DNA of 14,606 nt from Elainellaceae cyanobacterium (GTDB lineage: Bacteria > Cyanobacteriota > Cyanobacteriia > CAZCXK01), in the NCBI GenBank assembly GCA_051117555.1, contig JBNPEG010000216.1, forward strand, positions 1 to 14,606, written 5' to 3'. Both the position numbers and the translations under genes were made by a program. Below are positions 1-7,642 of this stretch, one piece after another. Position 1 is the first letter of the stretch, and every line of letters begins with the position of its first letter. The notes beneath the pieces are model-generated. The model did no database searches and was not told the origin of the DNA. It worked only from the letters and a program-made list of their open reading frames with translations.

Positions 1-60
1 GAGCAGATGTTTTAACTCCTCGCTACTTTCCGAAATTTCTAATCGGTAGACCCCCGCCAT
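1..60 (-). CDS. IS630-family transposase N-terminus (partial)
   Basis: ATG at 60 reads MAGVYRLEISESSEELKHLL, which resembles N-termini of cyanobacterial IS630 HTH transposase ORFs. Confidence 0.75.
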   Translation of the reverse strand, partial: MAGVYRLEISESSEELKHLL

Positions 61-129
61 GGATATATGCCAAACTCTGCTCCTTCATAATTGCAGAATC
101 TGTAGCCTCAACCAAGAGAATTGGTATTA
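1..129 (-). mobile_element. Left end of an IS630-family insertion sequence (continues beyond window start)
   Basis: Minus strand begins TA-ATACCAATTCTC at 129, resembling a cyanobacterial IS630 terminus with TA target. A transposase-like N-terminus follows. The boundary coincides with loss of epimerase-like sequence. Confidence 0.75.
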
Positions 130-861
130 GGTGTCATCATCAACATTTCAGGTGCTGGTGTGAGTGACCAACCGTGGTCGGATGCCTACAAGCAAGTCAT
201 GACCGATAGCCGTCTAGATACTACCCACACCTGCGTTGAGGTCTGAAAACAGAATCCCGCGATTCGTCTGATCAACGCGTCAGCGGTTAGTGCCTACGGG
301 TTTTATGAGGATGATCATGAGGCGTTTTCAGAAGCTGACAGCGATCGCAGGACAGGAACTTGCTTTTTGCAGGAGCTGATTGACCAATGGGAGCAGGCAA
401 CGAAGCCAGCGATGGAAGCAGGCAATCGGGTCGCGCTGCTGCGCATTGGGGTCGTATTTGATCGCTCCGAGGGCGCACTGCCAACCATGGCAACTCCGTT
501 TCCCTATTTCCTGGGGGGAAAATCTGGCACGGGGAAGCAAATCATGTCCTGGGTCAGTTTGCGCGATTTAGTCGCTGCCATCGAGTTCATTTTTGATCAT
601 CCAGACCTCAACGGGCCGACCAACGTCGTTTCGCCGGGAGCCTGTAGCAATCAGGTTTTTGCCCAAAGCCTGGGCAAAGCGTTGGGTAGACCAAGTCTCG
701 TACCTGCCCCCGCTTTCTTGATCAAAGCGCTAATGGGGCAACTGGGGCAAGAGCTGGTTCTGACGGGGCAGCGCGTCTCACCGAGCAAACTGCTGGATGC
801 GGGTTTCGTATTCCAGGATCAGGAAATCGAACAATGTTTGAGAGAAATTTACCGCCGTTAG
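130..861 (+). pseudogene. TIGR01777/YfcH-type NAD-dependent epimerase (SDR), disrupted
   Basis: Frame 1 reads GVIINISGAGVSDQPWSDAYKQVMTDSRLDTTHTCVEV*KQNPAIRLINASAVSAYG...WE...LRIGVV...GGKSGTGKQIMSWVSLRD...PSKLLDAGFVF. In-frame TGA at 244-246. The N-terminal GxxGxxG region is replaced by the IS630 end. Confidence 0.85.
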
Positions 862-964
862 ATCGTGATGGACTGATGGCGGTTGTGTGCTGCTTCTCTA
901 TAGATTTCACCGTCGATTGGTTCATAGCATTCGAGAAACCAGCATTTAATTCGGGAGTAAATGC

Positions 965-1357
965 ATGAATTCTACCTATGGAAGGTTATGTGGTATTACT
1001 GGTGGAGCACTGATATTGCTTGGTTTGACCCTACTTACCGTGATGCTGGTTTTCTTGGGCACGGGTCAGTCACCGATTCCAGTGGATGGCGTAGGGCATT
1101 ACTTTGTGGCATTTACGGGTTCTGTGCTAATGGTCTGGGGGGTGAGTCTACAAGTAGCCTCTCGGCATATGGAACTAGCACGTATCCTCGCCCCTGCTAA
1201 TGCAATTGGGATGGCGTTGATGGCGCTCTATCGATTGGTGATTGTGCTCAGCAGTGCTGATGTCAGAGCATGGATTGGCTTCCTTCCAATAGGCGAAGCG
1301 TTTCTTTTTGGTGGTTTAGCGATCGCCTTTTGGTGGGGACGCCCCAAGCCTGTTTAG
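965..1357 (+). CDS. Hypothetical integral membrane protein (about 4 TM helices), 130 aa
   Basis: GGAG at 954-957 upstream of the ATG; four hydrophobic segments. Confidence 0.75.
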   Translation: MNSTYGRLCGITGGALILLGLTLLTVMLVFLGTGQSPIPVDGVGHYFVAFTGSVLMVWGVSLQVASRHMELARILAPANAIGMALMALYRLVIVLSSADVRAWIGFLPIGEAFLFGGLAIAFWWGRPKPV

Positions 1358-1373
1358 GGCTGAGTGTTAAGCT

Positions 1374-1456
1374 ACCTAACGTGGAGCTGAGCGGCGGCCA
1401 GTATCTTGAGAAATATTAAGGATTGTCCGTCCGTCCGCTCCTGCGCAAGGTTATAT
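1374..1456 (-). other. Integron attC-like recombination site (83 bp)
   Basis: Minus strand: R'' ATATAAC, 5 nt, L'' GCAGGAGC, GG-A-CGG ... CCGCC, L' GCTCAGC, 5 nt, R' GTTAGGT. It has imperfect dyad symmetry with extra unpaired bases on the left arm as in known attC sites, and lies 46 nt after the helicase stop. Confidence 0.8.
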
Positions 1457-4243
1457 TGCTGCCAACAATTATTGGCTCATTCTATCTTTAAAATTACATG
1501 AATTATTGAACTGGCAAATCTTTCAGCTTTTTCTTTAGCAGCCAATCTTTAATATGTCGTAAATCAATTGATTTATCAGTATAAAATTTTAATGCATTGT
1601 CCTTTAATGCTTCCTCAGTATTGCCAGAGGCTGATGCACGTAGCTTTTCAAGCACGGTTGCAGTCTTTTTAAAGAGGTCAATTATCTCGTCATGAGAGAT
1701 GTAAGCAATATCTTTAAGATGAGGTACTGCTAACTGGTCAACAGTGTTTCTTGGAGAAATAACGACAGTAACACAAGGCATATATTTGGGAATAAGTTCA
1801 TCTGCACGAACTGTAGTTTCATGAGCACCTGCTTGTCGAAGTGTATCGAATGAAATCCCCCTTCCTGGCCTCTCGTTAGTTTTAGCTTCAAATACAAATG
1901 CACACCAATCTCCAAAGGTCCACAGTCCATCAGGTGCTCCATCTTCTTGACTCTTCTGATACATTTTCGAGCCGAGCATTCTTCCAAGAGCAGCTAAGCC
2001 TTTCTCAAACTCTCTAGCTTCTTTACTCCTGATTTGGGATTCCACATCGGCTAACCTGCGAGCGAATTTCCCACCTGTAATTCCCCATTCCTGAAGTAGT
2101 GTGTCGATCTCCAAGAACCAATCTTGTAAAGGTAAAGCTGTATCAATACTCTGATCAGATTGCCCTGAGACTTTAAAGCGCAGTTTTTCAAGCCATGTGA
2201 TGTGGGAAGAACTAGCTGCTGCTTTTTCTAAATTTGCAATAGTTGCAGTTCTAAATGACTCATTTTCTGAATGCTTCCAGGCTAAAAACGCAGCTTCAGC
2301 GGCCTGATGATACCAAAAAGCTCTGTATGGTTTTAGATCTGAACCTCCTTCCAAAGCATCAAGCACTTTATTTGACAAACTTAATGCGTCCTCATATCGA
2401 CCACGCCATAAAGAATATACATAGTCAATTTCATAAGGCATCGCTCTTGCTAGTGCATCGGCTGTCGAATCCGACACTTTTTCAAAAGCATCACGCCGCT
2501 TACGGATATCTTGTTCTGCTTCTTGCCATGCCGGATCACTATTGAGGAAAGCCTCAGAAAGTTCTACAAAATCTGATGTTTCATAATCTGTAGAGTTGTC
2601 TAGCCCGAATGCGATCTCAGCTTGTAATTCAGGGTGTATACCCTGTGTGAAGGTTTTAGTACAGTAACGCTTGGTTAACTTGTCTCCAATGACCACGACA
2701 ATAGAGTAATCGCTTTCATCACGAGTGCATCTTCCCATTGCTTGTGTAATCCGTGTTCGGATACGGTTTTGCAATTGAGAAGACACGCCAAGTCGAGTCC
2801 TCATATACATTTCTTGTAGTCCTGAAGCAGATGGTTCACCATCTAACACCATAAAGTGGCAATCATCTCCTGGAAGATCAATCCCATCGTAACGAGTTGC
2901 TAGTAGCAGAACAGATGGACTTGGATGCTTTGTGAATTTATCCAAATTCTGCTCAATATCCTCTGATTTAATAATGGTATGAGTTTCTTCTAAACCCTCT
3001 TCCCATTTACGAAGGCTATTGTTATCAGGAACAAGAATAAGAGCGCGAGAAACCTTCTTTATCATCTCAACTGAAGTTTTTACCGGATCTAAATTGGATG
3101 ATTGTCCTGGGAACAGAATTAGTCGCCTACCTGTACTCCGCTTATGCCATTCTTCGGGAATAGGCAATCGAGCAATTTTCTTTACTCCAAATACTCGTTC
3201 AATATCTCCATCTTCTCCTAGCGTAGCGGACATATATATACGCTGCTTTGCTTCTGAAAATGGGTGATGACTTTGTGTTGGTGGAATAAGCGGTCGAATC
3301 TCGATGGTTATAGGAGAGATATAAACTGAACATGCTTCAAGATGGGATGAAAGTATGCCCCATGAGTACTTTAAGTCTCTATGTTGAGGTGCAAATTCTT
3401 CTAATACTTCCTTCAGTTCATCTAAATACTCATGAACTGAAATGTTCGAAATCAGATCTACTAAGTATTCATCATACCGATTACTACTTTTTTCGATATG
3501 GTGCTTTATATAGTCAGGTATGGCGGACTGCAATAATCTATGTATAGCTGTATACAACTCCTTGTGTCTTAGCCGATTGATTGTAAGAGTCCATAAATCA
3601 ACAATGTAGTTATCCGCTGCATGAGCATCATCACAAATTATTACTTCGGGGTCATCTATACGAGGATTTGTATTGAAAACTCCACTGTAAGTTGTTATGG
3701 CAATAGCATTGCCTTGTTGATATTGGTAAAATAGAGACGAATCATACTCATTTTGGGGACCAATAAGCAGTGCAGTTTTAATACCATAGCGACGAGCTTG
3801 TTCATTAACTTGAAAACAAAGCTGTTTAGTTGGACACAAAAACACAATACGCTCTTTCAGAGCCCGACGGCGGTACTCTGCAATGAGAAGACCAATTAGA
3901 GTTTTTCCCGTACCTGTAGGTAGCTCAAGGGCTAGATCCTTACTTTTAAGATGTTCTTGATAATATCCTTCAAGCACTCTGTCCTGATGCGAATAAAGGT
4001 ATTTAACCGAAGGATCACGATTAAGATCCCTAAACATGAGCACTATAGATTGAGGCTTCGGTTCTTCAGAAGCAGAAGTACGAAATTTAACCATTGACTC
4101 CTCAGCAGATAATAATTTGTGGATTTTCAGTTTTATCCAGTTTAGCTGCTGTATTCAAGTATGACTTAGGCAGCTCAATCTCGTAGCTATAGAACTTCCT
4201 ATGTATTTCTATAGGAGGAGTTGAAGCAGTTGAAGCAATATAA
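1380..4243 (-). mobile_element. Integron-type gene cassette carrying the helicase-nuclease gene
   Basis: Bounded by GTTATATTGCT (minus strand, 4244-4234) and its exact inverted copy at the attC R'' end (1450-1460). AT-rich and free of HIP1. Confidence 0.72.
1503..4094 (-). CDS. SF2 DinG/XPD-like helicase fused to a C-terminal PD-(D/E)xK nuclease; Hna-like anti-phage candidate, 863 aa
   Basis: Motifs LPTGTGKT (I), IICDDAH (II), MSATLG (III), DGIDLPGD (V), QAMGRCTR (VI); C-terminal PDGLW...FEAKT; GAGGAG RBS at 4104-4099. Confidence 0.85.
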   Translation of the reverse strand: MVKFRTSASEEPKPQSIVLMFRDLNRDPSVKYLYSHQDRVLEGYYQEHLKSKDLALELPTGTGKTLIGLLIAEYRRRALKERIVFLCPTKQLCFQVNEQARRYGIKTALLIGPQNEYDSSLFYQYQQGNAIAITTYSGVFNTNPRIDDPEVIICDDAHAADNYIVDLWTLTINRLRHKELYTAIHRLLQSAIPDYIKHHIEKSSNRYDEYLVDLISNISVHEYLDELKEVLEEFAPQHRDLKYSWGILSSHLEACSVYISPITIEIRPLIPPTQSHHPFSEAKQRIYMSATLGEDGDIERVFGVKKIARLPIPEEWHKRSTGRRLILFPGQSSNLDPVKTSVEMIKKVSRALILVPDNNSLRKWEEGLEETHTIIKSEDIEQNLDKFTKHPSPSVLLLATRYDGIDLPGDDCHFMVLDGEPSASGLQEMYMRTRLGVSSQLQNRIRTRITQAMGRCTRDESDYSIVVVIGDKLTKRYCTKTFTQGIHPELQAEIAFGLDNSTDYETSDFVELSEAFLNSDPAWQEAEQDIRKRRDAFEKVSDSTADALARAMPYEIDYVYSLWRGRYEDALSLSNKVLDALEGGSDLKPYRAFWYHQAAEAAFLAWKHSENESFRTATIANLEKAAASSSHITWLEKLRFKVSGQSDQSIDTALPLQDWFLEIDTLLQEWGITGGKFARRLADVESQIRSKEAREFEKGLAALGRMLGSKMYQKSQEDGAPDGLWTFGDWCAFVFEAKTNERPGRGISFDTLRQAGAHETTVRADELIPKYMPCVTVVISPRNTVDQLAVPHLKDIAYISHDEIIDLFKKTATVLEKLRASASGNTEEALKDNALKFYTDKSIDLRHIKDWLLKKKLKDLPVQ

Positions 4244-4250
4244 CTATTAA

Positions 4251-4392
4251 TAGGCTGAAATTTTCCGCCTAAGATCCCAATTTGGGTGGATAGGCAGAAT
4301 GATTCAGCATAACACCCCAAATTTCATGCTTATGCAGATGGTTTCTGCATAATATGCCGCTCAGGCAGAATAGCCAGAATCTTTCCGCATAT
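4251..4392. repeat. Array of four ~22-bp imperfect palindromes at exact 40-bp period (candidate attI-like/recombinase binding region)
   Basis: 4251 TAGGCTGAAATTTTCCGCCTAA; 4291 TAGGCAGAATGATTCAGCATAA; 4331 TATGCAGATGGTTTCTGCATAA; 4371 TAGCCAGAATCTTTCCGCATAT. Confidence 0.85.
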
Positions 4393-4502
4393 TTTCAAAT
4401 TCGTTACGGAGGTGAGCGAATGGACTGTTAGTGCGATCGCCAAAGACCGTTCCTAAAGGATCATCACCCCACAATCCCATTAAATCTTTGCTAATAAGCC
4501 AA

Positions 4503-4538
4503 AGTACGGTTGTATTTCTTTCACGAATACACTATTCT
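4503..4538 (+). promoter_or_regulatory. Putative sigma70 promoter with overlapping LexA-like box
   Basis: TTGTAT (4510-4515), 17 nt, TATTCT (4533-4538). AGTACGGTTGTATT (4503-4516) is one mismatch from the cyanobacterial LexA consensus RGTAC-N3-DGTWCB. Confidence 0.45.
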
Positions 4539-4547
4539 TTGCCATTA

Positions 4548-4733
4548 AGCGCTCAAACAGCGCAGCGCTCCCTAGAAGTGCGGACACACGACTAGGAAGC
4601 TGACCCCTGACCCTGTCTCAGGCAGAATCAGTGGCTTTAGGCATTTTAGCTCCTATCGCCATCCTCCTTTGCCATGTCAAGTATCAGGGTGGCGTGTTTG
4701 TTTGAGCGCTCCTTATCAAAAAAAAAAGGAGCG
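4548..4733 (+). ncRNA. Putative structured leader RNA
   Basis: Perfect 12-bp closing stem AGCGCTCAAACA (4548-4559)/TGTTTGAGCGCT (4699-4710). Inner hairpin CCTAG...CTAGG (4571-4596). An alternative hairpin CGCTCCTT/AAGGAGCG (4707-4733) covers the RBS. Confidence 0.55.
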
Positions 4734-4739
4734 TACTTC

Positions 4740-4976
4740 ATGGTTTATCCACCTAATCCGCCCGGTGGGGCGGACAGTTCATCGCGTCCAGATGACGATC
4801 GCCATACCCTCCGCATCATTGCAGTAGGGTCGCTTACTGTTGTGAACCATCACATCATGCAGATGTATCAACTTGGCTATGCCGAACCGGGTGACTGGTC
4901 AAAACCCATTCCCACCGTAAATCCCAACGAAGTGATGCAAATTCTCACGAAACGTATCATGGGCATTGGTGACTAG
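4740..4976 (+). CDS. Small cyanobacterial hypothetical protein (78 aa; LGYAExxDWS motif)
   Basis: AAGGAG at 4726-4731 favours ATG 4740 over 4674. The sequence LRIIAVGS...LGYAEPGDWSKPIPT...EVMQILTK resembles a recurrent cyanobacterial small-protein family of unknown function. Confidence 0.75.
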   Translation: MVYPPNPPGGADSSSRPDDDRHTLRIIAVGSLTVVNHHIMQMYQLGYAEPGDWSKPIPTVNPNEVMQILTKRIMGIGD

Positions 4977-4996
4977 CACCGATTTACTACTTCACA

Positions 4997-5040
4997 GACT
5001 GGCGTACGGGCAAACGGCGCCATTTGCCCGTACACCAGTC
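4997..5040. repeat. REP-like palindrome
   Basis: GACTGGCGTACGGGCAAA / TTTGCCCGTACACCAGTC form an 18-bp stem with one mismatch, resembling cyanobacterial GTA(G/C)GGGC...GCCC(C/G)TAC REPs. Confidence 0.65.
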
Positions 5041-5090
5041 ATTCTTAGCCAATTTGGAGCAACTGCGCATCAAGTACAGAAGTAGTGGAT

Positions 5091-5137
5091 TGAGGCAACG
5101 ATGGGATGGCTAAAATAGCTATCCCATCGTTGTTTCA
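5091..5137. terminator. Long hairpin between convergent genes, likely terminator
   Basis: TGAGGCAACGATGGGATGGCTA-AAA-TAGCTATCCCATCGTTGTTTCA, 19 nt past the aroF stop. Confidence 0.65.
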
Positions 5138-5156
5138 TCGGGCTTCTATGCAATGG

Positions 5157-6014
5157 CTAAACGGCAACAAGTTGAGGCCGACTGACCTGTTTGGGAATGG
5201 TTCGACCGACTGCGGCAGCAATGGGGTCGAGGCTTTGAACCAGGCTTACCATATCCTCAAGCGATAAGGCTTGGCGGGCATCAGACACAGACTCATCGGG
5301 CACAGGATGACACTCAATCATGAGTCCATCGGCTCCACAGGCGATCGCTGCACGTGCTAGGTCAGGCACGAGTTCGCGTTTTCCGGTTGCATGACTCGGA
5401 TCAACAATCACAGGGAGGTGGGTAATTTGCTTGAGTGCCACGACTGCCCCCAAATCAAGCACATTGCGCGTGTAGGTATCAAAACTGCGAATGCCGCGCT
5501 CGCATAAAATCACGTTTGGGTTACCGTGAGCGATGATATATTCTGCCGCCATCACAAACTCTTCAAGGGTTGCAGCAAGTCCACGCTTGAGCACGACTGG
5601 CGTGCCTGCTTGCCCAACGGCTTTGAGCAAATCAAAATTTTGCATATTGCGGCTGCCAATCTGGAGCACATCTGCGTGGGTGGCGATCGCCTCGATCTGA
5701 GAAATTGCCATGACCTCGGTAATGACGGGCAGATTGTGGCGGGTGCGAATGGTGTCCAAAATTTTAAGCCCCGCATCGCCTAATCCCTGGAACGAGTAAG
5801 GAGACGTGCGGGGCTTATAGACACCACCTCGGAGAGCTTGTACCGGGGCGATCGCCAGTTCTGTTGCGATTGTGTCCATTTGCTCAAGACTTTCAACCGA
5901 ACATGGCCCTCCCACAATCAGCAAGTCTGTTCCTCCGACTGCTACCTGGGCTGACAATTGCACAACGACCTGGTGATCATCATGAGATTTGCGAACGAGT
6001 TTGGCCTGTTGCAT
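5157..6014 (-). CDS. aroF: 3-deoxy-7-phosphoheptulonate (DAHP) synthase, type I-beta
   Basis: Motifs GPCSVES, RGGVYKPRTSPYSFQG, QIGSRNMQNF, LKRG, CERGIR, DPSH; AGGAG RBS. Confidence 0.95.
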   Translation of the reverse strand: MQQAKLVRKSHDDHQVVVQLSAQVAVGGTDLLIVGGPCSVESLEQMDTIATELAIAPVQALRGGVYKPRTSPYSFQGLGDAGLKILDTIRTRHNLPVITEVMAISQIEAIATHADVLQIGSRNMQNFDLLKAVGQAGTPVVLKRGLAATLEEFVMAAEYIIAHGNPNVILCERGIRSFDTYTRNVLDLGAVVALKQITHLPVIVDPSHATGKRELVPDLARAAIACGADGLMIECHPVPDESVSDARQALSLEDMVSLVQSLDPIAAAVGRTIPKQVSRPQLVAV

Positions 6015-6074
6015 GGAGTTCTCCTGACATTAAGTAATTGGATTTGATAACACATTGACCACGAGCAGCGCATT

Positions 6075-6105
6075 AAAAAACCCGGAACTGGTTACGTTCC
6101 GGGTT
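6075..6105 (-). terminator. Attenuator terminator proximal to aroF
   Basis: AACCCGGAAC-GTAACCA-GTTCCGGGTT-TTTT on the minus strand. Confidence 0.85.
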
Positions 6106-6129
6106 GGCTAGAAATATTGCATCACCAAC

Positions 6130-6204
6130 TTACCCGGAACGTGGGCGGGGCCAAAAATAAAAGCCAAAAAAGTAGCTTAGATGGGTGGATAAGCGGTTAA
6201 GCAT
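6130..6204 (-). CDS. Aromatic-rich leader peptide 2, MLNRLSTHLSYFFGFYFWPRPRSG (24 aa)
   Basis: ATG 6204 to TAA 6130; 7 aromatic codons within 8. Its 3' end CGTTCCGGGT is complementary to the 5' arm of the downstream terminator. Confidence 0.85.
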   Translation of the reverse strand: MLNRLSTHLSYFFGFYFWPRPRSG

Positions 6205-6249
6205 GAGTATGTCGAGACAATAAACGCCGGTTCAGATTCGGTATCCATT

Positions 6250-6282
6250 AAAAAGACCGCAAGCTCTAATCGAACTGCGGTC
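6250..6282 (-). terminator. Attenuator terminator distal to aroF
   Basis: GACCGCA...TGCGGTC-TTTTT on the minus strand. Confidence 0.75.
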
Positions 6283-6309
6283 CACCTAGAGGTTCATACG
6301 ACGATGAAT

Positions 6310-6366
6310 TCACCTCTGGTGAACCTCCGTAAACCAAAAATAAAAAAATCGCTTGCTGAGAATCAT
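6310..6366 (-). CDS. Aromatic-rich leader peptide 1, MILSKRFFYFWFTEVHQR (18 aa)
   Basis: ATG 6366 to TGA 6310; six consecutive Phe/Tyr/Trp codons, followed by a terminator. Confidence 0.8.
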   Translation of the reverse strand: MILSKRFFYFWFTEVHQR

Positions 6367-6600
6367 AGTTGACTGTCTAATTTTCCTAATTGAGTAGCTG
6401 CTCGAGCAGCGCCTTCTTGGATATGTCTAGAACATCTTTGGGACATCGTTGGACGCATTTCGCCCCGAAGAATATTTCTGAATATATCACCGGGCACATG
6501 TGCAGATTATCTGCGTCGCGTGCCTACACCTATCTTCTTAACAGAAGCAATCGAGTTGGGTCAAGACCTGATATGAGGAAACTATGACCCAACCCCTATG

Positions 6601-7047
6601 CTAAGCCTGCTGAGTTCGAGTCTGAACTCGCTCGTAAACGCGCTTGAGCTGGGCGATCGCCCGTTTCATCGCTTGTTTCTGTTCCGATGATGAGACATCG
6701 GATTGCAGTGCATCGAGCTGCTGGTGAGCTGTTTCTTGTTTGAGCAGCAATCGCTTCATACCCGGAACCGATGGAGAATCTGCTTTGAGAGCATCGATTT
6801 GCTGATCGAGCGTTTCAAGCTCAAGGGCAATCTGCTGAGCATACTCTTCGCCATCTGATCCAGACAGTGCTGAGTCGGAAGCATCGGATACAGACGCCTC
6901 TAATCCAGATCTGTCCGGTGAAGACGCTGCTGGCTCATCAGACGAAACAGCACTTCCATCAACGGGCCGATCTGGAGCACTACAAGCACCCAGCACAGCC
7001 GACGAGAGCAGAAGCGCTGCAAACGCAGACCTGACTAAATTGTTCAT
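6601..7047 (-). CDS. Hypothetical lipoprotein with coiled-coil C-terminus, 148 aa
   Basis: Signal peptide with lipobox LGAC, Ser/Asp-rich linker and helical C-terminus. Confidence 0.8.
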   Translation of the reverse strand: MNNLVRSAFAALLLSSAVLGACSAPDRPVDGSAVSSDEPAASSPDRSGLEASVSDASDSALSGSDGEEYAQQIALELETLDQQIDALKADSPSVPGMKRLLLKQETAHQQLDALQSDVSSSEQKQAMKRAIAQLKRVYERVQTRTQQA

Positions 7048-7095
7048 ACAGAGTGGTGACCTTCTCGCGTCTCAGCGAGATGAAAGTGGAATTAA

Positions 7096-7263
7096 TTATT
7101 CTGCAGGCTCTTCTTCAGGAGCTTCCTCTTCACCCGCTGGGACTTCTTCGGGAGCTTCCTCAGTGCCAGTATCAGCACCGCCACAGCCTACCAACGCAAA
7201 CGGAGATACAAGTCCTAAGAAAGCGAGTCCAACAACGATGGGCTTTGCAAATGCAGTTTTCAC
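7096..7263 (-). CDS. Small acidic lipoprotein, 55 aa (not in ORF track)
   Basis: GAGGAGG RBS then GTG: MKTAFAKPIVVGLAFLGLVSPFALVGCGGADTGTEEAPEEVPAGEEEAPEEEPAE*; lipobox LVGC. Confidence 0.85.
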   Translation of the reverse strand: MKTAFAKPIVVGLAFLGLVSPFALVGCGGADTGTEEAPEEVPAGEEEAPEEEPAE

Positions 7264-7642
7264 GATAAACCTCCTCGAATAAATCGATGCCGTGTATTAC
7301 ACGAACAAACCTATCATAAGCTAAATCAAGCTACAAGATAGCATAGCGAAAAAACCGGAGAATCGTGAGACGTTAGCTTGATGCCAGCATAATTCTTGTT
7401 ATTTTCCACGATATATGCCGCATTCACCTTGCTTATGAAACCCGGATTTGCCATAACTAGGTTGGCTTCTAGCCGCTAGCCTAGAAAATTTCCCCAACAT
7501 TTTAGATTCTCAGGATTTGCTCATTCTAGTCATTTGGTAGTCCGGCATAATACTTTTGAGGAAAATAACTTCAATCTACTTATATCAACGTAGTACACGG
7601 GTATAAATACTATATAGACGTCAACGCTTAAGCAACAGGTCA

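Noticed and set aside
244..246. Selenocysteine or read-through TGA in the epimerase
   Set aside because: The gene is already cut by an IS, so a simple nonsense mutation explains it. No SECIS was recognised.
857..863. GTTAGAT as a second attC R' site
   Set aside because: It is the epimerase stop codon context, with no matching R'' or dyad symmetry.
4102..4320. 72-aa ORF upstream of the helicase
   Set aside because: It crosses the cassette boundary and repeat array and has no recognisable features.
4251..4392. Mini CRISPR array
   Set aside because: The repeats are degenerate, the spacers are only 18 nt and partly similar to each other, and no cas genes are present.
4674..4739. Longer start for the small ORF
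   Set aside because: It lacks an RBS and runs through the RNA stem and poly-A tract. ATG 4740 has AAGGAG.
7040..7282. Plus-strand ORFs 7040-7282 and 7053-7268
   Set aside because: They are antisense shadows of the 55-aa lipoprotein.
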